A stretch of DNA of 52,037 nucleotides. It comes from Macrostomum lignano. Taxonomy: Eukaryota. Position numbers and translations under genes: made by a program. Below the pieces are notes generated by a model, which saw only the letters and a program-made list of their open reading frames with translations, searched no databases and was not told the origin of the DNA. Within the stretch, counting starts at the first letter, position 1. Every line of letters begins with the position of its first letter. Of the stretch, positions 1-11,084 are shown piece by piece. The stretch is taken from NCBI GenBank assembly GCA_002269645.1, contig NIVC01001583.1, positions 1 through 52,037 of the forward strand, given 5' to 3'.

Positions 1-61
1 AGCTATGGATAAGGGTACGTTAGTGTTAGTTGTTACTGCATTCTTATATAACTGCAGCTAG

Positions 62-462
62 TTACCACCGCTGCCCCCTTCAACTCTCGCTGCCTCGTTA
101 CCACCGCTGCCCCCTCCTCAGTCCCTCAGTGAGCCACCGCTGCCCCCTCAGTCCCTCAGTGAGCCACCGCTGCCCCCCCCTCAGTCCCTCAGTGAGCCAC
201 CGCTGCCCCCTCAGTCCCTCAGTGAGCCACCACTGCCTCACCCCCAGTCCCTCAGTGTGAGCCACCGCTGCCCCCCCCAGTCCCTCAGTGAGCCACCGCT
301 GCCCCCTCAGTCCCTCAGTGAGCCACCGCTGCCCCCCTCAGTCCCTCAGTGAGCCACCGCTGCCCCCTCAGTCCCTCAGTGAGCCACCGCTGCCCCCCTC
401 AGTCCCTCAGTGAGCCACCGCTGCCCCCAGTCCTCAGTGAGCCACCGCTGCCCCTTCCCCAG
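62..462. repeat. ~30-bp minisatellite (GAGCCACCGCTGCCCCCTCAGTCCCTCAGT)
   Basis: Direct tandem copies visible, with variable C-run length; probably intronic (donor-like GTACGT at 15, acceptor-like CCCCAG ending at 462). Confidence 0.9.
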
Positions 463-1097
463 TCTCTGAGTGTGGACGCAGCCTCTGAGACACCCAGCCG
501 TCCTTCATCAATATTTCAGAGGAGCTGTGAGCGCCAAGGCCGCCCGCCCACGAGACTCCCCAAGTTAATTGTGCCAATTCATTGAGTTCGTCTTGTGGAC
601 GTTCCTTTTTATCAGCAATTTCGCGAATAGAATATTAAAAATTAAAGTAAATGCTCTGCGCTTTCCTCACGTCGTGGCTGATTTTCAATTGCTCTCTGTT
701 TCTGCCTCAGTTTGCTCCTCTCTGCTTTTATTTGCGCCGTCTGCCTTCGATCGGGCAGCTTTTGTTGCCGCAATGAGCCGTGCAGTAATCCTGTTAACTG
801 TTAGTCAGTTGTCCTGCTATGCCCAACCCAAGGTTAAATGTTCTCTTGCTTTGAAGTGACATTGTCTTGATTCTGAGTGTGTCAAATATAATTATATAAC
901 TTACAACTGCCTTGATGTGACCAGTTGCTTCTTACAACTGGGGGATCAGCAAATCTAAACTTTTGTGCCAGTTTTTGCATTTCCTGCGTTTATTATTTGT
1001 TAACCGCGGAGTTCAACTCGCTTGAGTGGCTTCAGAGTGAACTCTCGGTCGATTAGAACCATGAAGGACAACTCAAGTATTGTCTTAAGCAGTTCTT

Positions 1098-1790
1098 GAT
1101 TAGAAGCCGCTCGGTTATTGGGTGACATCACTCCGGATTAGAAGCCGCTCGTTATTGAGTGACATCACTCCGGACTAGAAGCCGCTCGGTTATTGAGTGA
1201 CATCACTCCGGATTAGAAGCCGCTCGGTTATTGAGTGACATCACTCCGGATTAGAAGCGCTCGGTTATTGAGTGACATCACTCCGGACTAGAAGCCGCTC
1301 GGTTATTGAGTGACATCACTCCGGACTAGAAGCCGCTCGGTTATTGAGTGACATCACTCCGGATTAGAAGCCGCTCGGTTATTGAGTGACATCACTCCGG
1401 ACTAGAAGCCGCTCGGTTATTGAGTGACATCACTCCGGACTAGAAGCCGCTCGGTTATTGAGTGACATCACTCCGGATTAGAAGCCGCTCATCTGGTTAA
1501 GGAGTGACCCCACTCCGGACTAGAAGCCGCTCATCTGGGTTAAGGAGTGACCCCACTCCGGACTAGAAGCCGCTCATCTGGGTTAAGGAGTGACATCACT
1601 TCGGACTAGAAGCCGCTCATCTGGGTTAAGGAGTGACATCACTTCGGACTAGAAGCCGCTCATCTGGGTTAAGGAGTGACCCACTCCGGACTAGAAGCCG
1701 CTCATCTGGGTTAAGGAGTGACCCCACTCCGGACTAGAAGCCGCTCATCTGGGTTAAGGAGTGACATCACTCCGGACTAGAAGCCACTTG
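1098..1790. repeat. ~38-bp minisatellite (GATTAGAAGCCGCTCGGTTATTGAGTGACATCACTCCG), two sequential variants
   Basis: Tandem copies; the unit switches to a CTCATCTGGGTTAAGGAGTGAC variant at ~1490. Confidence 0.93.
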
Positions 1791-2329
1791 ACCTGTATCA
1801 GTCTGACATCACTCCAGGTGAGTAAAAATAACTGAACCAGTGAAATGAGCACACAGTTTTCCTTCAGAGTCATTGGGTGAGACAGAACGCGTCTGACCCG
1901 GCCCCTCATACGAGCGTACAGATTGGAATTCAATAATTGTATTTTCAGAGTTGATGCAGCCACTTTAACATTATCCGTAGAGCAGAGATGCTGAGGATTA
2001 AAGAAACAGTAACACAGTAACAAAGTATAAACAAATTATCGTACAATACAATAGCTGGTGTACAAAAGTACAGCATCAGATGCATCGTGAATAAGAATTA
2101 ATTTCAACACAAAGGCAAGGGTCTTCAGTTCTCAAATATACTCAATTTTTGCGGCATAAGGTAAAGTTGGCGCACTTTCGAACTTTCAAAAAAATTAAAA
2201 AAACAAAAGCAGAGATACTGCAATTTAAAATATTCACAGCAAAGATAAAGCAATGAACACACCTACGGGGTTTTAAAACCACATGCTGTGCAATGAAAAT
2301 ATTTTAATATTTTAGGACGTAATGATTCA

Positions 2330-3520
2330 GCCTGCATCTCAACTACCTGTCTGCCTACCACTGCACCTCAGCTACCTGTCTGCCCATCACTGCACCTCTG
2401 CTACCTGTCTGTGTTCATCACCGCACCTCAGCCACCTGTCTGTGTTCATCACCGCACATCAGCCACCTGTCTGTGTTCATCACCGCACCTCAGCCACCTG
2501 TCTGTGTTCATCACCGCACATCAGCCACCTGTCTGTGTTCATCACCGCACATCAGCCACCTGTCTGTGTTCATCACCGCACATCAGCCACCTGTCTGTGT
2601 TCATCACCGCACATCAGCCACCTGTCTGCCCACCACCGCACCTCTGCCACCTGTCTGTGTTCATCACCGCACATCAGCCACCTGTCTGCCCATCACTGCA
2701 CCTCTGCTACCTGTCTGTGTTCATCACCGCACCTCAGCCACCTGTCTGTGTTCATCACCGCACATCAGCCACCTGTCTGCCCACCACCGCACCTCTGCCA
2801 CCTGTCTGTGTTCATCACCGCACATCAGCCACCTGTCTGCCCACCACCGCACCTCTGCCACCTGTCTGTGTTCATCACCGCACATCAGCCACCTGTCTGC
2901 CCACCACCGCACCTCTGCCACCTGTCTGTGTTCATCACCGCACATCAGCCACCTGTCTGTGTTCATCACCGCACATCAGCCACCTGTCTGTGTTCATCAC
3001 CGCACATCAGCCACCTGTCTGCCCACCACCGCACCTCTGCCACCTGTCTGTGTTCATCACCGCACATCAGCCACCTGTCTGTGTTCATCACCGCACATCA
3101 GCCACCTGTCTGTGTTCATCACCGCACATCAGCCACCTGTCTGTGTTCATCACCGCACATCAGCCACCTGTCTGTGTTCATCACCGCACATCAGCCACCT
3201 GTCTGTGTTCATCACCGCACATCAGCCACCTGTCTGTGTTCATCACCGCACATCAGCCACCTGTCTGTGTTCATCACCGCACATCAGCCACCTGTCTGTG
3301 TTCATCACCGCACATCAGCTACCTGTCTGTGTTCATCACTGCACATCAGCCACCTGTCTGTGTTCATCACCGCACATCAGCCACCTGTCTGTGTTCATCA
3401 CCGCACATCAGCCACCTGTCTGTGTTCATCACCGCACATCAGCCACCTGTCTGTGTTCATCACCGCACATCAGCTACCTGTCTGCCCATCACTGCACGTC
3501 TGCTACCTGTCTGCCCAATT
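2330..3520. repeat. 31/29-bp minisatellite (CACCTGTCTGTGTTCATCACCGCACATCAGC)
   Basis: Tandem copies; explains the repetitive ORFs 2322..3610. Confidence 0.95.
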
Positions 3521-3645
3521 GCTAGACCATTCTGCCGCTATATTTTATCAGGCAATATAAGCTTAGATTTGAAAAAAAGTCAATCAGATTTGAACCAGCA
3601 CAGCTTATGATCAGTCTGAAAGTTAATAACGAAATCCCCAGTCAG

Positions 3646-5096
3646 TTACAGCAGTTGCTCAGCCTGGATGCTCCGCAGCGCCCGCTGAATGAGCTGCCTG
3701 AAGCCGCGTTCGTGCGCCAGGCTCATCATGAGCGACTCCATCGGCTTCTCAGACATCTTGGCGAGCATCACCGCGGTGCCGTGTTCGCCCGAGAATGCGT
3801 TGAGGAACGCGGTCTCCTTGCCGGTGTCGGCGAGGCCGCTAAGCAGGCGGTGCAGCTCAGCGTCGGAGAGGCCGAGAGGCTGCTGCGAATCCGCGGCCTC
3901 CGGCAAAGACGAGGCAGCCGGGGCGGCGGCGGCCGACGGCACCGTCGTCTGGCGCTGCAGGTCGCCCGCCGGCGCGGTGCACATGCCGCTGTCTATGGTG
4001 CCCACCGCGCTGCCAGCCGACTTCAGCCAAGTCTCTTCCGCTGCTGCCGCCTCATTTCCGCCTGCGGCCTCCGAGATGCCCGGCTGCAGCTGCTGCTCGA
4101 ACAGCTCCTTGAGCTCCGGTCGGTCGGCGGCGAGCTCCTCGGCCGTGACGCCGTCGCTGTCCTCCTCCAGCGGGTCGGCGCCGCTGTCCAGCAGGAACCT
4201 GACCGCCCGAGCGGCCCCGGCACTCACAGCTGACATCAGCGGTGTCCACCGCTTGCCGCGGTGCTGCCTCTCGTCCAGGTTTACGCTGATGCCGGCATCT
4301 CTGGCGAACTGCAGCAGCGGGCTCAGCATGTCCTCCCTGTCCCGAGCTGCCATCATGTGAAGCACCGTGTCACCCGCCGGTCATTCATGTGGATGGCGGC
4401 AGACACCTGTCCCGCTGCGAGCCGGCCCTCCTCGATCAGCCTCTTTGTAACCCGCAGACCGGAGACGAGCACCTCCGTGGACTCCTCCAGCGCGCAGTGG
4501 TGCAGGAAGTTCCTACCGTCGTTGTCGTACAGTCGGTGAAGCTGGGTCGGCTCCCGGATCAGCAGGCGCTCCATCAGGCTGTCGGCTGAGCTGCCGCTCT
4601 GCGTGCTGAGCATGAGCAGACTTTCTCGATGGCGAGTCCGATCGTCAAGGGCGTCGGGGTTTCGCTTGACCGCAATGTCCACCAGCTTCTCGGCCCGCTC
4701 GCCCTGCTGCCTCGCCAGCGCGGACGCCATCGGGTTGTCGCCATCGCTGTTGTGGACTCTCAGCATCTCGGAGCTGTCCTCGAACGCCTTCAGGAGGATG
4801 TCCTCACAGTTGTCGCCCTCGCTGTACTGGTGCATCGCTGTAGCCAGGATTCTGGGGTACTCGAGCAGCAGGCGGCGCTGCATGTCCTGCGGCAGGGAGC
4901 GAAACCTCAGCGATTCCGGAGTCTCAGGAGCTGGGCCATCAGCTCCCAGACTTAACTGCTGCATTTGGTCTTCCACACTGATGTCGCTGGCTCTTGCAGG
5001 TTTTTTGCTTTTCTCTTCTAATTTTTTATCCATGAGCAAGTCTGCTTTTTTATTGGCTAGGTCTATTCTGCAATGCAAAACATCATTTTCATACAT
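3646..5096 (-). pseudogene. Ankyrin-repeat protein copy A, one apparent 1-nt frameshift at 4377-4378 (pseudogene or assembly error)
   Basis: ORFs 4353..5096 and 3646..4365 join into a homologue of 9356..10708. Copy A reads CACCCGCCGG where copy B reads CACCCGCCCGG. ANK motifs include GRNFLHHCA, GDTVLHMMA and WTPLMSAVSAG..VRFLLDSGADP. The true start may be ATG 5033 or an acceptor near 5068. Confidence 0.8.
4102..4967. repeat. Direct segmental duplicate of 9806-10672
   Basis: Line-by-line comparison gives 9 substitutions and 1 indel in ~866 bp, with abrupt ends. Confidence 0.95.
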
Positions 5097-6766
5097 TTTA
5101 CATACATTTCTTTTAATTTTAACAGTCTATACCATATGCACTGATACTATACAAAGTATAGATATAAAAGTTTATGATAAGGAACTACAATTTTAGTTTA
5201 TTAGATATTTTTTAAACAAAAAATTGTATGAATTAGACATAAACAGATACTTTTTAACTTATTTTTTGCTTTAACTAAATAATGGATTATTATAAACTAT
5301 TCAATTGTGATACAAAATATTTTGAATAACAAACAAGGTATTCATCACAGGTATGGATCCAGAAAATTTTAAATGGGAGGATGCAGATTACTAAGGTATA
5401 TGTAATATACACTCAGCAACATCAAAAAGTCGCCATCACAGAAGATTCCTTTTTGAGAGGGCAGCAGGTAAAGTCTCTCAATCTTTGCGAGTGACGCAAC
5501 TTAGCTACACCGTGGCAGACTTGAGTTGAGGAACAAAGTGGGGGGAGTGGTGTGCAAGGGTTGGATGGATCATAGCTACCCCAATCAGTTTTCTTGTATA
5601 TTTTATTTCAGAATAGTCCAAGAGAAATTGCTCACTGGCGCATAGAGTGGCAACTTTTCAACATTGCTGAGTATATATATATATATCATATATATGCATA
5701 TCATATTACATATATGAGACAGGCATTAATAATAGCTCTAATACTTTTAAATTTTATTCGTTTTATGTTTGCCTTTCTTAGAAAAACCTTTATTCAAATC
5801 TGCGCAAAATATTTGTTTGAATGTTGTGGTTTGCAAAAATATTTCTGCAATTATTATTTTGTTTAAACTATAATGCATTGTGGGTATAAATAGACATGCT
5901 GAGCAGACTTGAGGAAGCAACCATTTGCTGCCTCTTGGTTTTTCGATAAGCAAATTTAGTTTGTTCTAAATATTGAAATCGCTTAAAGACTTAATCATTT
6001 CTTAGAGTATAAGAGCCCCAATTGGGAGTATCAGAAACCGCTACAAGCGAGAAACCGCCTCAGGGCAGTAATAGTAAATTCGCCTCAGGGCAGGAGAACC
6101 GCCTCAGAGCGAGGGAAAGATCGCCTCAGGGCAGAGAAGGAGCACAAGCTGTGACCCTCTGATCCAGGGAACGCCCAGGACTGAGAGAATAATATTAGAG
6201 AAAGTATAGGAATAGAATAGACAGTGCTATTAGACCGCTTAGGCCAGAAAAGTACGATAGAAGTACATATGCTACCAATAGAAAGACAATTAATAACCAG
6301 TAGAATTATTAAGGAGAAATAGCTTTATTACAACTTTGGGTGGCAGTTAGGATTCTCAGTGTACAGGGAAAAGCACTGTGACAACTTGGTAACAGCAGAG
6401 GGATTTTGTATCGTACAGAAGAAACCCCTAGTACAACTTGGTGGCATAACAGTGGAATTCTCATAGAGAGCCAAAAGGCCTAGTAAAGCTAGCAAAAGAA
6501 TAATTAAGAGCCCTGTAACATATATATATGTACACAATAATGTGTATTTTCCATATAAGAAATAAAAAAAAATCTAACTCAATGAAGGATGGCCTGTGTA
6601 CCTCCCCCAAAGTCTGCCACTGATTCAATATTATTTATATAGTTTTAAAATATGATTAGGCCTAAAGTCTTTGCAAATATATTTTAACTAGGCCTAAGCC
6701 CTAAGGCTATAGCTTCATTAAACTCGTTGTATAGGCCTAGACATTATGTTATATGAATGGTGAAAG

Positions 6767-7674
6767 ACCTGTATAACTTTCGCCGACACATTTTCAGACA
6801 GATCTTCCGACACATTTTACGACACTTAAAATGTCGCAAAGTGTCAGAAAAAGTGTTGGAAAAGTTGACATTCGCCGACACATATTTTCCGACACCTAAA
6901 GTAATGCTGCAGTGTCTGATGCTTTACTTCTGCCAACACATCTTCCGACACTTAAAATGTCACTTCTTAGAGCGAGGTCATATACATGTAGCTCGTACTA
7001 TTCATGTTAGCTTCATGTATGTTTGTTAAGGTACTGCAGCAGACTGCAGTGTTGCGCATCATTTAGTTGCATCAATTGATATACACACATGTATATGTAC
7101 ATGTAATAGTTGGCATTTTCTGATTACAAACAGTACAAGCGTATGTATTGTAAATGAGGGCATGATATTTTCAGTGTCAAATGTATTCGCAGTCAAATTA
7201 ATACAAAAAAATGCTAGCTATAATTACTAAGTAAATACATAATACTAAATCCCAGTGAAGTCAGAATATCAGATAATCGTAGTATGGCACTCCAAAGTAA
7301 TACGAATCGAAAGCTCGATCTAATTAATGTCCAAATTTTTGAACATTACGGATACTAACTTTTTCGAAATACTTTGTGCATACATGTAGCTACATTTACA
7401 TGACCTCGCTCTAAGAAGTGACATTTTAAGTGTTGGAAGATGTGTTGGCAGAAGTAAAGCATCAGACACTGCAGCATTACTTTAGGTGTCGGAAAATATG
7501 TGTCTGCAAATGTTAACTTTTACGACACTTAAAATGTCGCAAAAAGTGTCGGAAGATCTGTCTGAAAATGTGTCGGCAAAAGTTAACCATTGCGACACTT
7601 TTTGCGACATTTTAAGTGTCGTAAAATGTGTCGGAAGATCTGTCTGAAAATGTGTCGGCAAAAGTTATACAGGT
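6767..7674. mobile_element. Non-autonomous foldback/MITE-like DNA transposon with long terminal inverted repeats
   Basis: ACCTGTATAACTTT at 6767 is the reverse complement of AAAGTTATACAGGT ending at 7674. Arms 6767-6981 and 7400-7674 are inverted copies with CGACAC sub-repeats; the centre is AT-rich and non-coding; no clean TSD seen. Confidence 0.75.
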
Positions 7675-9355
7675 ATAGGAAAGGCTAGGCTTATGAAAAC
7701 AAATCCTTTGCATTTAGACTTAAATAGCCCCCCTCTAAGAGTTTGTACAAAGGCATCATTCATCAAGCAAGCCTTTTTTAAATTAAAATATACTAAACAG
7801 ACTAAGCTTGCTTTGCCTTTGTTGGGCTCCTATCCTATGCTATGAGATCTATAGTAAAAAATATTTGGAACCATTGCTAAATAAATATTTAATGTTATGT
7901 TATTAAGACAGATTACTAGATTAGTAACTAACAATTAAACTGAAATTTCTAATTTAATGTAATATATGGAGGGCTAATCTTTAGTTCCAATTTTCCAAGA
8001 TAGGCTTAGACATAGTATGAGCATGACACTATTCATTAAATTAAATAGTTGGCCCTAGAAAGAAATGTTTTTATATTTAAAGATTTCTAAAATTAATCGG
8101 CTACTGGTCACATAGATAGAGACAACTCATTTCAGTGGGGTTTAGCTGTTAAAACCTTTTGTAGGGTCTAATATAAAATAATTATTTAAAATTAATAATA
8201 GATAGTCGGGACTAAATAAAGCAAGTGACTGCCAATTTAATTTATAAACTTCACAAGTCTAAATAGAAAATAAATGTCAATGATATCTCGAAAAGAAATT
8301 CCATGATGCAATTAATTAATTTAGAACAATGAAAAAACACAAATCAATACCTATTGAAACATAATAATTCAATTAAGAAAAGCAAGTCCCCGGATAATTC
8401 ATGGAAGAACGAGCGAAGTAGCAGTCAAGACAAATACAAGGTACCAAACTTGGCCCTAACGCAAGTCCTCCAAAACCAAAACGAAATTTTAAACGCGGCA
8501 GCTCCACGGCAGTTCCACGGCAGTTCCACGGCTAGTCCGTGTGCATTCTCTTTCTGTGCCATGGAAAAACCCTTGGCAAGCCTACTCTACTCGTCAGTAG
8601 TGAAGAGTGAAATAAAAAATTCTGAATGTGAGGGTGGCAGAAATAAGAAATGTTGAAATTTTCATCGTTTTAACAGCTAAATGAACTTGAAGAGCAGATC
8701 GCAGTTGCTTTCTAATTCTACACAGTTTTTTAACCGCTTTATGGGCATCTTTGCAACCTGAGAGAATCTTGGAGGTTGGAGAGGGAGCCCAATAACTGGG
8801 GATCTAAAGACTGTGGGCCCAGCCTGAGCATCTGGGAGGAGTCATATCGAAATTGTCTCACAAAAATCCTAAATCCATTATTCCCTTTTTAGTGTGAAGT
8901 GACAAGAAAAATGCCAGGAAGAAGTCTTCATATTTTTATCTCTTCAATGAGTAGTGACTCATGCTTTTACATTGTATTATAATTTGAGGTAATTTACAAA
9001 GCCCTTTAAATATAAATATTCATATCGATGGCAGGGTATTGGATGCACAAACACAAGATCAGAGTATAATGACATGTATAAAAAACTATAAACTAACGTA
9101 TACAAGCGTATGCTGTTGAGGCTACTAAACTATGAAGACTATCGGGGATAATATACATGGTTTTAGTACAAACAGTGTAAGATTTTAGTAGCTATATGGA
9201 TATAGTGTATACCAGCGCAAGTGAACAAGAAGAGCAAACATATGGAATTTTAAACAGTTGTGATGAGGCAAGAACTATTAAGTGGCTAAATTAGTCAAGT
9301 AGCAGTTACATGTAAGCTGCACAGCTCAGTTTGCACTGGGGGTAAACCGTGCAGC

Positions 9356-10708
9356 TTATCGACCTTCTTTAACTTCTTTGAAGGCTTGAAGCAGAGTTTC
9401 CCTGCTCACGTGATGGCCATGGGCTCCCCAGATGCTCAGGGCGGCTCTGAGGGGCCGCTCAGAAAGGGTTGCTAATCCAGTGTGATCTGACAGACGATCA
9501 TCAAGAATGCGGAGGAGTGCGCTGAAGAATGCCGAAGTCTTGCCAGTGCTCAACAGTTGGTCCTCCAGACTCGCTAAGTCCATCTCAGAGAGCTCACTGC
9601 CCCGTTGAGGTTCAGCCGAGGCGACACTCGGCGCACTGGCAAAGAGAGACGACACACCGCTGTCAATGTAGCGCACCTGCGCCAACTCGCTATTTGTCAG
9701 CCACGATTCGGCTTTGACCATCGGCGGGACGGCATCGCAACTCGAGTCCGGGTTGTCTTCCTCAGCCTCAGCGATCTCCATGTCTTCTGAGTGCTCGGAC
9801 TCAAGCAGCTCCTTGAGTTCTGGTCGGTCGGCGGCGAGCTCCTCGGCCGTGACGCCGTCGCTGTCCTCCTCCAGCGGGTCGGCACCGCTGTCCAGCAGGA
9901 ACCTGACCGCCCGAGCGGCCCCGGCACTCACAGCTGACATCAGCGGTGTCCACCGCTTGCCGCGGTGCTGCCTCTCGTCCAGGTTTACGCTGATGCCGGC
10001 ATCTCTGGCGAACTGCAGCAGCGGGCTCAGCATGTCCTCCCTGTCCCGAGCTGCCATCATGTGAAGCACCGTGTCACCCGCCCGGTCATTCATGTGGATG
10101 GCGGCAGACACCTGTCCCGCTGCGAGCCGGCCCTCCTCGATCAGCCTTCTTGTAACCCGCAGACCGGAGACGAGCACCTCCGTGGACTCCTCCAGCGCGC
10201 AGTGATGCAGGAAGTTCCTGCCGTCGTTGTCGTACAGTCGGTGAAGCTGGGTCGGCTCCCGGATCAGCAGGCGCTCCATCAGGCTGTCGGCTGAGCTGCC
10301 GCTCTGCGTGCTGAGCATGAGCAGACTTTCTCGATGGCGAGTCCGATCGTCAAGGGCGTCGGGGTTTCGCTTGACCGCAATGTCCACCAGCTTCTCGGCC
10401 CGCTCGCCCTGCTGCCTCGCCAGCGCGGACGCCATCGGGTTGTCGCCATCGCTGTTGTGGACTCTCAGCATCTCGGAGCTGTCCTCGAACGCCTTCAGGA
10501 GGATGTCCTCACAGTTGTCGCCCTCGCTGTACCGGTGCATCGCTGTAGCCAGGATTCTGGGGTACTCAAGCAGCAGGCGGCGCTGCATGTCCTGCGGCAG
10601 GGAGCGAAACCTCAGCGATTCCGGAGTCTCAGGAGCTGGGCCATCAGCTCCCAGACTTAACTGCTGCATTTGTTCGTCAACTGGTTCCACGTGAGGCATG
10701 CTGCGCAT
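9356..10708 (-). CDS. Ankyrin-repeat protein copy B (~450 aa; about 6 ANK repeats, DSGVSS motif, death-domain-like C-terminus)
   Basis: Intact GC-rich ORF with ATG at 10708 and TAA at 9356, plus ANK motifs. An upstream exon cannot be excluded. Confidence 0.85.
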   Translation of the reverse strand: MRSMPHVEPVDEQMQQLSLGADGPAPETPESLRFRSLPQDMQRRLLLEYPRILATAMHRYSEGDNCEDILLKAFEDSSEMLRVHNSDGDNPMASALARQQGERAEKLVDIAVKRNPDALDDRTRHRESLLMLSTQSGSSADSLMERLLIREPTQLHRLYDNDGRNFLHHCALEESTEVLVSGLRVTRRLIEEGRLAAGQVSAAIHMNDRAGDTVLHMMAARDREDMLSPLLQFARDAGISVNLDERQHRGKRWTPLMSAVSAGAARAVRFLLDSGADPLEEDSDGVTAEELAADRPELKELLESEHSEDMEIAEAEEDNPDSSCDAVPPMVKAESWLTNSELAQVRYIDSGVSSLFASAPSVASAEPQRGSELSEMDLASLEDQLLSTGKTSAFFSALLRILDDRLSDHTGLATLSERPLRAALSIWGAHGHHVSRETLLQAFKEVKEGR

Positions 10709-11084
10709 TGCTTGGGCCTAACGCTTTTCTTGTTGTAGATATATGAGCAGATTAAAATTTAGTTCCAGGTTCAAAGCCTGCAAGCGTATTATAAATATAC
10801 CCAGGTTAGAATTCTTTCCCGCGACCGTTCTTTGGGTAACCCACGGAGCAATCCACGGATTCGTCTGAACGATGCTATTTTTAGCACTGGCATAATATGG
10901 AACCGCGTAAAGCGAACGTACTTTGACAGGCACACAATGTGGACCAGAATTTGCTATGCTTTTACTTTAAATTTACTGTCTAAGCTCTAAGCTATTTAAT
11001 AATTGCTTCTTCAAGACTATAACCACTGCTAATGCTCAATGTCCAAAAACTGTTTTCTTTAGACCAATTCACTGCTTCCCTCAG

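Noticed and set aside
1-790. Possible + strand exons (1-14, 463-~563, ~710-785) of a gene entering the window
   Set aside because: Splice-like sites and phases are plausible, but the peptides are short and unrecognisable, so not supportable without transcripts
6020-6520. Possible solo LTR (TGTTACA start on the - strand, AATAAA, short CGCCTCAGGGCAG repeats)
   Set aside because: No matching second end, TSD or PBS/PPT could be identified
8354-8656. 100-aa ORF with a CCACGGCAGTT triplet repeat
   Set aside because: AT-rich ends, non-ATG start and no homology signal
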